28,316 bases of DNA from Gammaproteobacteria bacterium (GTDB taxonomy: Bacteria > Pseudomonadota > Gammaproteobacteria > Eutrophobiales > Eutrophobiaceae): contig JAAXHV010000241.1 in NCBI GenBank assembly GCA_012270695.1, positions 1 to 28,316 of the forward strand. Direction: 5' to 3'. Below, one piece after another: positions 1 through 8,777 of this stretch; the first letter of the stretch is position 1; every line of letters begins with the position of its first letter. A program made the translations under genes and the position numbers. The notes below the pieces were generated by a model that was not told the origin of the DNA, did no database searches, and saw only the letters and a program-made list of their open reading frames with translations.

Positions 1-327
1 ATACGCGGAGGCGAGAATATCTATCCCCGGGAAGTCGAAGAGTTCCTGTATGGTCATGACAAGGTCCAGGACATTGCCGTATTCGGCGTCCCGGATGACA
101 AGTACGGAGAACAACTCTGCGCCTGGATAAAACTTAAAGAGGGGCAGGAAGCAGACGAGGCCGAAATCAAGGCGTACTGCAAGGACAGGATCGCCCACCA
201 CAAGGCGCCGTATTATATCCGTTTTGTCGATGAATTCCCCATGACGGTCACCGGCAAGCTGCAGAAGTTCATCATGCGCGACAGGATGATCGAGGAGTTG
301 GGTCTCACTCTACAGGAAACCGCCTAG
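1..327 (+). CDS. AMP-dependent acyl-CoA synthetase, C-terminal part (5' truncated by window edge)
   Basis: Not in the ORF track. My translation of frame 1 gives IRGGENIYPREVEEFLYGHDKVQDIAVFGVPDDKYGEQLCAWI...FVDEFPMTVTGKLQKF...ETA*. It contains the ANL-superfamily GGENIYPxEVE and PxTxTGKxxK motifs. TAG at 325-327. Confidence 0.92.
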   Translation: MRGGENIYPREVEEFLYGHDKVQDIAVFGVPDDKYGEQLCAWIKLKEGQEADEAEIKAYCKDRIAHHKAPYYIRFVDEFPMTVTGKLQKFIMRDRMIEELGLTLQETA

Positions 328-380
328 CCAGAGACCAGCTCTCACCTGGTGAAAAATTCACAACTCACAGGAGTTACGAT

Positions 381-803
381 ATGAATACAAGCGCTATACT
401 CTGTCCCATGGTCGCATTGGCATGGTGGACTATTGCCATTTTCATGCTGATTCCCTATCGGCGCCTGAATCCGTCGTTAAACAAAGGCGTCAGGCTCGCT
501 GACTACATCGCAGGTGAGCCGGACGAGCTGCCCTCTTATGTTTCGTTGCCAAATCGAAACATCATCAACCTGTTCGAAGTGCCAGTCCTGTATTACGTTT
601 CCTGCACAATACTGTTCATCACCGGTAGCGTCAACAATCTGGTTGTCGGTCTTGCATGGGGCTACTTCGGTTTGCGCATCGTACATAGCCTGATCCATGT
701 AACCTATAACAATGTAACTCATCGCGCTACAGTGTTCGGGCTCAGCGCTGTCGTCCTGGTCGTTTTGATGGTAGAGATGACCAGAGCTGTGTCTACCCTT
801 TAG
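381..803 (+). CDS. MAPEG family membrane protein
   Basis: 140 aa with four hydrophobic segments. Motifs NLFEVPVLYY and LRIVHSLIH are typical of bacterial MAPEG proteins. AGGAG Shine-Dalgarno just upstream. Confidence 0.82.
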   Translation: MNTSAILCPMVALAWWTIAIFMLIPYRRLNPSLNKGVRLADYIAGEPDELPSYVSLPNRNIINLFEVPVLYYVSCTILFITGSVNNLVVGLAWGYFGLRIVHSLIHVTYNNVTHRATVFGLSAVVLVVLMVEMTRAVSTL

Positions 804-825
804 CCCTTCATCTGAACCAGAAGCC

Positions 826-2013
826 ATGAACTCCGCAGCAGGACGACCGCCTATCCTTTTGCTGATTGCTGCTTCTTCGTTGTCTCCTTTCGCCTTGACC
901 GTGTGTGCGCCCGCGCTGCCGATGCTCGGCCGCGAGTTTGATCTCCCCGGTTCTACTATACAGTTCGCAGTTTCCATCTTTCTACTGGGTTTGATGCTAG
1001 CCCAACCTGTCCACGGTGTGCTGGCTGATCGTTATGGGCGCCGCTCGGTACTGCTTTGGAGTTTCAGCCTGTTTACGCTCTCCAGCATGGCCTGCGGTTT
1101 GGCCAATAGCATGCCTTTGCTTGTCATTTTCCGTTTCCTGCAGGCATCTGGTATTGCCGCCAGTTTCGTTGTTGCACGGGCTATCATTCAGGATATGTGT
1201 GACGATGATGATGACGCTGCCCGTTATACGGCTTATCTTGCCGGTGGCATGGCTATCTCACCCATGTTCGCGCCGGTGTTGGCGGGCTACCTGATCGAGG
1301 TGTCGGGTTGGCGCATGATCTTTCATGTTACCACAGGATTAGCCCTGGCCGTTCTTGCCTGGCTGTTGCTGGTCTTGCCGGAAACCATCCGCCAGGTACA
1401 GTCAGTCGGTAACGCCTTCAGTCAAATGGGGGGTAACATCGCCGAGTTGCTTAAATCCAGACTGTTTCTGGGTTATTCTTTGATAATCTGTTTTATTAAT
1501 GCCATTTTCTTTGCATTCCTTACCAGCGCCCCCTTGTATTTCCAGGAGCAGCTGCACGTCGAGCCGGCGCTTTTCGGCATTTACATGGGTGTCTGCGCAT
1601 TCACTTACATCTGCGGCACATTCAGCAGCAGTGTGCTGATCCAGCGCCGTGGTATGCAGCATACGTTGCGGCTGGGAGTTGTCGGCACCTTCTTCAGTGG
1701 CCTGCTTGTCACGCTGGCGTTTGTGTTTTTTGGCAATAGCGTCTTCATGATCCTCGTGCCATTCATGCTGCTGTTCGCATTTACCGGAGTGGGTAATCCT
1801 CCTGCCTTGAGCGCTGTGCTTATGAACCATCCGGACAAGGCCGCGACTGCCTCGGGGTTATCCAACAGTATGACCGTGGGAACGGGGGCCCTGGCAACTG
1901 CGCTGACTGCGCTGGTTTATAATGACACCGCCCTGAGTTTGTCCCTGCCGATGATAATACTGGTTACTTTGCCTGCCCTGACATACCTGCTCCTGGTGAG
2001 AAATCGGGGCTAG
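826..2013 (+). CDS. Bcr/CflA-type MFS drug resistance transporter
   Basis: 395 aa with about 12 hydrophobic segments, MFS motif A (GVLADRYGRRSVL), PALP in TM1 and motif C-like SPMFAPVLAG. Confidence 0.88.
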   Translation: MNSAAGRPPILLLIAASSLSPFALTVCAPALPMLGREFDLPGSTIQFAVSIFLLGLMLAQPVHGVLADRYGRRSVLLWSFSLFTLSSMACGLANSMPLLVIFRFLQASGIAASFVVARAIIQDMCDDDDDAARYTAYLAGGMAISPMFAPVLAGYLIEVSGWRMIFHVTTGLALAVLAWLLLVLPETIRQVQSVGNAFSQMGGNIAELLKSRLFLGYSLIICFINAIFFAFLTSAPLYFQEQLHVEPALFGIYMGVCAFTYICGTFSSSVLIQRRGMQHTLRLGVVGTFFSGLLVTLAFVFFGNSVFMILVPFMLLFAFTGVGNPPALSAVLMNHPDKAATASGLSNSMTVGTGALATALTALVYNDTALSLSLPMIILVTLPALTYLLLVRNRG

Positions 2014-2045
2014 CCGATGGCAGACAGCGACCTGAGAAATGCGGG

Positions 2046-5000
2046 TTATACCCTGTTGCTGTACGTCATGAAAGTACGGTAAAGCCAGGGAATGACGAAA
2101 AGCGTCAGCCCGGTGGAGAATGCCAGCCCCCAGACAATGGTGGTTGCAACGTTGCCCCAGATGACTGACTTGCCGGCAAGCCCTGCGGCCAATGAAAATA
2201 ATCCTGCGATGGTAGTCAGGGAAGTAATGAGAATAGGGATCACCCGTCGCTTGGCGGCATATATGGTGGCATGCAGTAAGCTCATGCCGTTTTCCAGACG
2301 CGTATTTGCCGCTGATATCAGTACGATGGCAGAGTTGACCGAAATCCCGAACAAGGCAACGATGCCATACATGGTGAACAGGCTCAACGGGTTTTGCGTC
2401 ACCAGCAGCCCGAGGGTGACGCCGGTGAATGCCAGCGGCACGCTGGCAATGACCATAAAAGGCTGAAAGTAGCTACGGAATTGCGTTCCCAGGATAATGT
2501 AAATAATACCCAGACCAAGCAGCGCCAGTAGCCGGAGCGCATCCAGGCTTTCCCTGATATCATCCATTTCCCCGGTCAAATCCAGCAACAGGGTAGGATA
2601 TTTATCCTGTATCCTGGCCCAAGCGTCCCGGATCAGGTTATTGGCTTGTACGGTATTGATTTTGTCCTTGTCCAGATCACTTTCCAATGCTATCGCCCGG
2701 TGAAAATTGTAATGTCGAATGTTTTGCTGCCCGTTGCCCGTAGTGCCATAGACCAACTCACTCAAAGGGATGGATTGCCCCTCGTCCAATGAGATCGTCT
2801 GCGCCATCAAGTTGTCGATACTGTTTATGCCATCTGTTTTTGCGAGTACCCTGACTTTCACTTCTTCGCCCCGATCGTGGAAATCTGTCACGATTTCACC
2901 ATCCACGTAAGTTTGCAATACCCGACTGATGGTGGTGGGGTCCAGGCCTGCCCGTTGTATCGCCTCACCGTCAAGCCGTAATGCCAGTTCCGGATTCCCG
3001 GGGCGATAATCCATGGTAATGTCCCGGTACTCCGGTTGCGATTCAAGGAACTCCCGCAACTCCATGGCCGCCGGCAACAGGTTCGCATAGTCATCTCCCA
3101 GAATTTTAACACTCACAGGCTTTCGCGTCGGCGGCCCGTCCGTTAGTTCCTGGACGGATATATCTATGGGTCCGGGTATATTTTTGACGCGTTTTCTGAC
3201 TTCATCAGTAATGACTGTAACATGACGCCCCCCATGGGTTTGCGGTTTCAGGCTGAACAGCACCTGCCCAATGGTATCGCCAAACAATGGCTCCATCTGG
3301 GTGAACTGTTGCCCGGCAACAGCGACGGAGGCGCTCAGCTCGCCAGGCAAAAATGTTTTCAAGGCTGCCTTTTCAACTATCGATAATACCCGGTTGGTGT
3401 CTTCCAGGGATGAACCCTGTGGCATTTCTATATTCAGGTAAAACAGCCGTTGCAGATCATCTTCAAAAAAATTGACTCGAATCTGACCGCTCTTCAGTGC
3501 GCCGACAGCCAGAAAGAAAACCAGCAGAATCGCCACCAGGGTAATCAATGGGTGTCGCAAGGAGCGCAACAACGTCTTAACGTAGCTTCTGCGGATCCAC
3601 CTGGTGACAGCCACCCTCTTTCGTTGCACGCTTCCGGGCCTGGAAAAATCGGTCTTTACTGCCAGCACGTGGGCAGGCAATATCCAATATGCCTGTAACA
3701 AGCTGGCTATCAGGGCAACGGTAACGACCAGCGGGATAACCTTCATAAAATCTCCCAGTACGCCCGGTAACAGCATCAGTGGCAGAAACGCGGCGATGGT
3801 GGTTAACACCGAAGTGGTCACTGGAGCGAATACTTCTTCAAGTGAATCGATAATGCTGCTGATTCCTGTAAAACCTCGGTGCAGTCGGTAGTAAATGGCT
3901 TCAACGACCACTACGGCATCATCGACGATCATGCCCAGCGTAATCACGATACCGAGCAGCACCGTATTACTCAGGGAAAAACCCAGCGCGTCGATCAACA
4001 GGAAGGTACCGGCAAGGGTGAAAAAAATACCGATACTGGTCAAAAAAGCAATACGTGAACCCAGGAATACCCAAGTAACCAACAATACGAAAAAAAAGCC
4101 GATCAAAGCGTTATCCTGCATCAGACCGAGGGACTTGCGGGTAGCACCTGTCTGATCATCCACCAGAAAAATTTCCACCCCGGTTACGTGTTTGAAGCGG
4201 TTGCGCTCCTCTATGTATTGATTGATGCGGTCAACCAGTTCCAGCACATTGGTATCCGGCTGTTTGGTAATGGCCAGTAGGGCAGCCGGAGCTCCGCGAA
4301 AAGTGACCTTTGTCTGGGGTTCTTCCCTGGTACGGATCAGCTCAGCCAGGGACCCAAGCGGAACGACTTCTCCGGTAGCTGTGATAATGGGCATGTCCCG
4401 CAGGACCGACGGATCAGGGTCCGTGCTTTGCAAACGTATTACCCATTTGCCGTCCGCGGTTTCCAGGTCGCCGGCAGATATGTCACGAAAATAAGAACGA
4501 ACAGTCCTGGCAATATCCGCGGGCGTGATTCCCAGTCCCTCAAGGCGCTCCGGGATAAAAATCACGTGCAGCTCCGGGTCGGAACGTCCCACAACTGTGA
4601 CGCGATCCGACCCTTCGATCCGTTCCAGGACCTTGGTAATGTTGAGCGTTTGCTGGCTGAGATTTTCATCGTCACCAGGGCTGGTGACCACAACCATAGC
4701 GGTGGGATAAGCGTTGGAGCTGCTGATCTCATACACGACCGGATCTTCAGCTTCCTCCGGGAGTTCATCGAGGTAGGTGTTTTGCACTTCTCGCCTTAGC
4801 TCGGCGATGCGTTTGTCAAAAGTTCTCTGGTCGAGTTCGTTGAACCGCATCAGAATACTGGATACCCCTTCCCGACTGGTGCTGATCGCAAATTTAATAT
4901 CCCTGACGTTGTTCCGCAAAGCATCCTCAAGGGGGTCAGTCACCCGGCGTTCCACGTCGGTGGCAGCGGCGCCAGGGAATACGGTAAAAATAGTGACCCA

Positions 5001-5129
5001 GTTCAAATTGATTTCCGGAATTTTGCTCCTGGGCATTTGTAAATAAGTGGCAAACCCAAACACAATGACCAGGACAAAAGTCAGGTTTGCCAATACGTGG
5101 TTGGAGATCAACTTACGGAAAAGATTCAT
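2046..5129 (-). CDS. RND efflux transporter permease subunit (AcrB/AcrD/AcrF family)
   Basis: 1027 aa. N-terminal NHVLANL, PG motif, TM4 GMIVDDAVVVVE, TM11 PILITSLTT, and two large periplasmic domains. Confidence 0.95.
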   Translation of the reverse strand: MNLFRKLISNHVLANLTFVLVIVFGFATYLQMPRSKIPEINLNWVTIFTVFPGAAATDVERRVTDPLEDALRNNVRDIKFAISTSREGVSSILMRFNELDQRTFDKRIAELRREVQNTYLDELPEEAEDPVVYEISSSNAYPTAMVVVTSPGDDENLSQQTLNITKVLERIEGSDRVTVVGRSDPELHVIFIPERLEGLGITPADIARTVRSYFRDISAGDLETADGKWVIRLQSTDPDPSVLRDMPIITATGEVVPLGSLAELIRTREEPQTKVTFRGAPAALLAITKQPDTNVLELVDRINQYIEERNRFKHVTGVEIFLVDDQTGATRKSLGLMQDNALIGFFFVLLVTWVFLGSRIAFLTSIGIFFTLAGTFLLIDALGFSLSNTVLLGIVITLGMIVDDAVVVVEAIYYRLHRGFTGISSIIDSLEEVFAPVTTSVLTTIAAFLPLMLLPGVLGDFMKVIPLVVTVALIASLLQAYWILPAHVLAVKTDFSRPGSVQRKRVAVTRWIRRSYVKTLLRSLRHPLITLVAILLVFFLAVGALKSGQIRVNFFEDDLQRLFYLNIEMPQGSSLEDTNRVLSIVEKAALKTFLPGELSASVAVAGQQFTQMEPLFGDTIGQVLFSLKPQTHGGRHVTVITDEVRKRVKNIPGPIDISVQELTDGPPTRKPVSVKILGDDYANLLPAAMELREFLESQPEYRDITMDYRPGNPELALRLDGEAIQRAGLDPTTISRVLQTYVDGEIVTDFHDRGEEVKVRVLAKTDGINSIDNLMAQTISLDEGQSIPLSELVYGTTGNGQQNIRHYNFHRAIALESDLDKDKINTVQANNLIRDAWARIQDKYPTLLLDLTGEMDDIRESLDALRLLALLGLGIIYIILGTQFRSYFQPFMVIASVPLAFTGVTLGLLVTQNPLSLFTMYGIVALFGISVNSAIVLISAANTRLENGMSLLHATIYAAKRRVIPILITSLTTIAGLFSLAAGLAGKSVIWGNVATTIVWGLAFSTGLTLFVIPWLYRTFMTYSNRV

Positions 5130-5140
5130 ATTTGCGGGTT

Positions 5141-6181
5141 TCAGGGAATCACTGAAATGGTCTGCGAATCTCTTAACGCGTGTTGTCCTTCCGTGATAAG
5201 CAGCGTATCCGGCGCCAGATCTATGGGTGTTGGTCGGCCCGGTTGTGCGTCGGAAATGATTTTGAACCGGGCTTTGCCCTGCTTGGCAAGAAAGACTCCA
5301 AAACTGTCATTGCGGCGCACCAGAAGCTTGCCAGGCACGTGCGGACGCTCGTCGCGCCAGACGAGTCTGCCGGCCGCTCCGGGCAGTGCTGACTCATCAA
5401 CAAACAGCAACCGGACCTCCTGATTTCGGGTTCGGGTATTGATCGCCGGCACTGTCGTTCGTATTTTTACCGGGTACCGCCCTGCCGAATCTTCAAAATA
5501 CAACGCGCTGATATGGTTGACCTGGTCCACGTCTCCGATTGGAAGTTGGGCGGACACCTCCAGTTGTTCAAAATCCACGATTTCAAACAGTTTTGTTCCC
5601 TCTTTGGCGAAGTCGCCCACGGCGCCGATTCGGGCCGTGATGACAGCCCGGTAGGGACTTTTTAACAGACAGTGGGAGACATCGGTTTCCGCTTCCTTGA
5701 GGCTTGATAATGCAGCCTCACGATCGGCGTGTAATACCGCAAGCTCGGCTTCCCTTTGGTCCAGCAGTTCTTCGGTTACCGTCTTGCTTTCTATCAGTTT
5801 CCTGGTTCGTTCCAGACGGCGCTCCGCTAACTTTATACGCGCTTGCAAGGAGGCGATGCGAGCTTTCGTTTGTTGCGCTGCCAGATCATAATAAGTACAA
5901 TCCAGCCGCGCCAGCACGCTACCTGCCTCGACCACTTCGCCGACTTTGACGAAAATCTCTTCCACCCGTGCTTTGATCTGCGTTGAAAGTAACGTGTTGT
6001 TCAGACTGACGACGGTGGCAGGCGCGGACTTTTGTGGATAGACAGCAATGTCGGCCAGACGCGCAGTTTTCACCAGGTTAGCCGTCTGTGCATTGATCAG
6101 GGGCGAGAACACCAGGAACAGACATGTAAGAAAAGCCAGCGGGGTACAGAGACGAGGTTTGTTGCTCATTATTTTAGCCAT
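5141..6181 (-). CDS. RND efflux periplasmic adaptor (membrane fusion protein)
   Basis: 346 aa. Signal-like N terminus, lipoyl half motif VKVGEVVEAGSVLARLD, coiled hairpin, LKSPYRAVI second half motif. Ends 11 nt before the RND gene. Alternative start at 6169. Confidence 0.92.
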   Translation of the reverse strand: MAKIMSNKPRLCTPLAFLTCLFLVFSPLINAQTANLVKTARLADIAVYPQKSAPATVVSLNNTLLSTQIKARVEEIFVKVGEVVEAGSVLARLDCTYYDLAAQQTKARIASLQARIKLAERRLERTRKLIESKTVTEELLDQREAELAVLHADREAALSSLKEAETDVSHCLLKSPYRAVITARIGAVGDFAKEGTKLFEIVDFEQLEVSAQLPIGDVDQVNHISALYFEDSAGRYPVKIRTTVPAINTRTRNQEVRLLFVDESALPGAAGRLVWRDERPHVPGKLLVRRNDSFGVFLAKQGKARFKIISDAQPGRPTPIDLAPDTLLITEGQHALRDSQTISVIP

Positions 6182-6322
6182 TACCTGATCAGCACACCCG
6201 CATTTGTTGATGATACTGGATTCGGCCCATGTAGTAAACGTGCGCCATTTTTAATGCTCCATGTTTAAAACACGCCGGCAGGTTTTCAGGCTGTGTATTA
6301 TGCAGTTGAAGTAGTTGCATGT

Positions 6323-6350
6323 TTGACAGCGTTGCGTCACTGATTATAAG
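6323..6350 (+). promoter_or_regulatory. Putative sigma70 promoter for the P450-sulfotransferase operon
   Basis: TTGACA (6323-6328), 16-nt spacer, TATAAG (6345-6350). It lies 16 nt upstream of ATG 6367, with GGA at 6356-6358. Confidence 0.6.
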
Positions 6351-6366
6351 ATTTTGGAAAAAACAG

Positions 6367-7728
6367 ATGCCAGCCATGACTAAAAAACTGCCTCCTGGCC
6401 CTAAAGGCACAGGTGTCCTGAATGTGCTGCGGCGTGTCCGGGACCCCTTAGGGTTTCTCTTTTCATTACATGAACAATACGGGGGGATTGTCTGCTTCCC
6501 GACTTTTTTCCGCAGAACATGCGTGGTGTTTGATGCCGATTTGATTAATGAGGTGCTCTCAGCACAACATTCATCATTCGAGAAGGGGCCTTTTGCCAAG
6601 TCCCTGGTAGAAAATCCAACAACGGGAACAGCGGAAGGAAAGGAGCACCAGCGCATGCGAAAGCTGGTGAGGCCACTCTATCTCAGGAATGCCCTGGAGG
6701 GGTACGGCAAGATCATGGTAGAAGCAGCAGGGCGATTACAGGAACATTGGCGTGATGGTGACACCGTGGACATTGCGACCAATATGCACGTTATGTCTCA
6801 AAACGTGGTATCCAGAACTTTTTTTGGGCAAGACACGACTTTTGACCCGAAACTCGTCGAGGAAATGGTACGCTCGGGTGGATGGTTGCTGATTCTTACC
6901 ATGTTGCCGTTCAGGAAGCTGATTGAACACTTGCCGCTACCGCATAATCGGCGTCTTGAGGAGCAGTATGCAGCGTTTGACCAGGTGGTTTACGACCTGA
7001 TCAAGAGAGCCCGCAACCAGGACGAAGAGCGCACCGACCTGGTATCGTTGCTGACTAACGCGCGGGATGAAGAAGGCATTGAGCAGCCTTTGAACGACAG
7101 GGAAATCAGGGATGAAACTCTTATCCAACTCTTTGCCGGATATGAAACGGTAGCAAACTCCATGGCCTGGTGTTTTTACCATCTCAGCCGGAATCCGGCA
7201 GCGCGAGAACGCATGGAGCAGGAAATCGACGAGGTTCTGGGTGGCAGGCTGCCTACCCCCGCGGATCACTCGAAACTGGTTTACACCCGCGCTGTTTTCG
7301 ACGAGTCGCTGCGTCTGAATCCCCCTCTCTATGTTGTTGGCCGCAGGGCCGTTGAGGATTGCGTTATCGGCGGCTATGACATTCCCAAGGGAACAGTGGT
7401 CCAGCCTGTTCTGTTGGCTCCTCACCTGAAAGAGAAATACTATCCCCAGGCCGATGAGTTCAAGCCGGAGCGCTGGCTCCAGGGAGTTAAGGCGCGACCA
7501 AAGAATGCCTACCTGCCGTTCTCGAGCGGTCCCCGGGCCTGTATTGGTTCGAATTACGCCAGGTTGGAAGCGATAACGACACTGGTCACCGTCAGCCAAC
7601 GCTGGCGGCTCGAAGTTATTTCGGATGATCCTCCGGAAGTCAGCGCGCTGATCTTATACCGGTTTAAACATGGTCTTCCGGTAAGGCTGCACAAACGCAA
7701 GTCAGCGCCTCTCGAAACGTCAGCTTAA
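6367..7728 (+). CDS. Cytochrome P450
   Basis: Motifs PPGP, I-helix AGYET, K-helix ESLR, FKPERW and haem-binding FSSGPRACIG. The ORF track starts at 6319, but the promoter inside those first codons favours ATG 6367 (or 6376). Confidence 0.96.
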   Translation: MPAMTKKLPPGPKGTGVLNVLRRVRDPLGFLFSLHEQYGGIVCFPTFFRRTCVVFDADLINEVLSAQHSSFEKGPFAKSLVENPTTGTAEGKEHQRMRKLVRPLYLRNALEGYGKIMVEAAGRLQEHWRDGDTVDIATNMHVMSQNVVSRTFFGQDTTFDPKLVEEMVRSGGWLLILTMLPFRKLIEHLPLPHNRRLEEQYAAFDQVVYDLIKRARNQDEERTDLVSLLTNARDEEGIEQPLNDREIRDETLIQLFAGYETVANSMAWCFYHLSRNPAARERMEQEIDEVLGGRLPTPADHSKLVYTRAVFDESLRLNPPLYVVGRRAVEDCVIGGYDIPKGTVVQPVLLAPHLKEKYYPQADEFKPERWLQGVKARPKNAYLPFSSGPRACIGSNYARLEAITTLVTVSQRWRLEVISDDPPEVSALILYRFKHGLPVRLHKRKSAPLETSA

Positions 7729-7736
7729 GTATCGGG

Positions 7737-8777
7737 ATGAAGCGGGTTACCACCATCCCGCCGGTTTTCGTCGTCGGCACCGGGCGCTGTGGTTCGACGA
7801 TGATATCCAAGGTGTTGAACCGTCACCCGGACGTGCTTAGCCTGTCCGAGTTCTTCGGCTTCCTCGAATTGAAGTGGTGCGTCTATCGCAGACGCAGCGG
7901 AGAGCAGATGTGGGACTTCTACAGCCGGCACCGAAACCGCACGCGTCTCATGTTGCGCGGGCACTACGAGGAATTGCTTTATCCGTTTGATAATGAGGAC
8001 GCCCGCTATACGCGGCGTAACTTACCTCCTATCCTGTGTACTACGCTCCCGAATCTCACCAGCCGTCACGAGGAGCTGTTCGATGAGCTCAGACCCTTTG
8101 TCCAGGCGCAGCCAAAGCAACGGCCGGCAGACCACTTCAGAAGTCTTTTCGAGTGGTTGTGTGAGCGCTTTGGACGGAAAATATGGGTTGAACGTTCCGG
8201 CACATCGTTGATGCTCGTATCGAAACTGATGCATGAGTTTCCTGACGCACGCTTCATACACATATATCGCGATGGACGGGAAGTAGCCATATCGATGAGC
8301 CGGCATTATCTTTTTCGCACCATCCTGGCCAACGTGATGCTGTTGCGGCGCTTCGGTGTTGACACCATCAAGATGATGGCTAACGGGAGACGCTGGCAGA
8401 AAATCAATCCCTGGTTGGAGTTGTTGGCAAACGGGCTGATAAATCCGAGCTGGCTGCCTTATGATAAAGCGGCGTTGTCTGACTATGCGGCATTCTGGCA
8501 GGTACAGATCGACATGACTCATGACCTTTTCAGCCAGCTTCCGGCCACCAGGTTGCTGAATATCAGGTTTGAAGACATGCTTGCACAGCCGGAAGAGCAA
8601 CTTCAACGCCTGATTCGCTTCATCGACCCGTCACTGGAAAATAAGACCTGGTTGCAGGAGGTGTCAGGGATCCCGCGCCCGGTACAGCCGAAGTTTGAAC
8701 AGCTCGGTGACTATGACAAAGCCGCGATCATTGCGGCATGCCGTGCCGGATTGGAAAGTCTCGACTACCCGGTCTAA
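7737..8777 (+). CDS. PAPS-dependent sulfotransferase (Sulfotransfer_3-like)
   Basis: 5'-PSB loop VGTGRCGSTM, HPDVLSLSE, 3'-PB motif IHIYRDGREVAISM, and RFEDMLAQPEE near the C terminus. Starts 8 nt after the P450 stop. Confidence 0.92.
   Translation: MKRVTTIPPVFVVGTGRCGSTMISKVLNRHPDVLSLSEFFGFLELKWCVYRRRSGEQMWDFYSRHRNRTRLMLRGHYEELLYPFDNEDARYTRRNLPPILCTTLPNLTSRHEELFDELRPFVQAQPKQRPADHFRSLFEWLCERFGRKIWVERSGTSLMLVSKLMHEFPDARFIHIYRDGREVAISMSRHYLFRTILANVMLLRRFGVDTIKMMANGRRWQKINPWLELLANGLINPSWLPYDKAALSDYAAFWQVQIDMTHDLFSQLPATRLLNIRFEDMLAQPEEQLQRLIRFIDPSLENKTWLQEVSGIPRPVQPKFEQLGDYDKAAIIAACRAGLESLDYPV

Noticed and set aside
334-352. Short overlapping inverted repeats (ACCAG/CTGGT and TCACC-T-GGTGA) between the CoA ligase and MAPEG genes
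   Set aside because: Five-bp arms are expected by chance and there is no U tract.
477-977. 166-aa minus-strand ORF
   Set aside because: Antisense shadow across the MAPEG and MFS genes, with no recognisable motif.
6189-6656. 155-aa minus-strand ORF over the P450 promoter and 5' end
   Set aside because: Overlaps the P450 in antisense. It does not resemble a regulator or an outer-membrane factor.
6937-7599. 220-aa minus-strand ORF inside the P450
   Set aside because: Entirely antisense to a well-supported gene, with no family features.
6367-7728. Assigning a specific CYP family such as CYP128
   Set aside because: This needs identity calculations I cannot run. Cyp128-Stf3 is cited only as a functional precedent.
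8022-8606. 194-aa minus-strand ORF inside the sulfotransferase
   Set aside because: Antisense shadow with no motif or SD.
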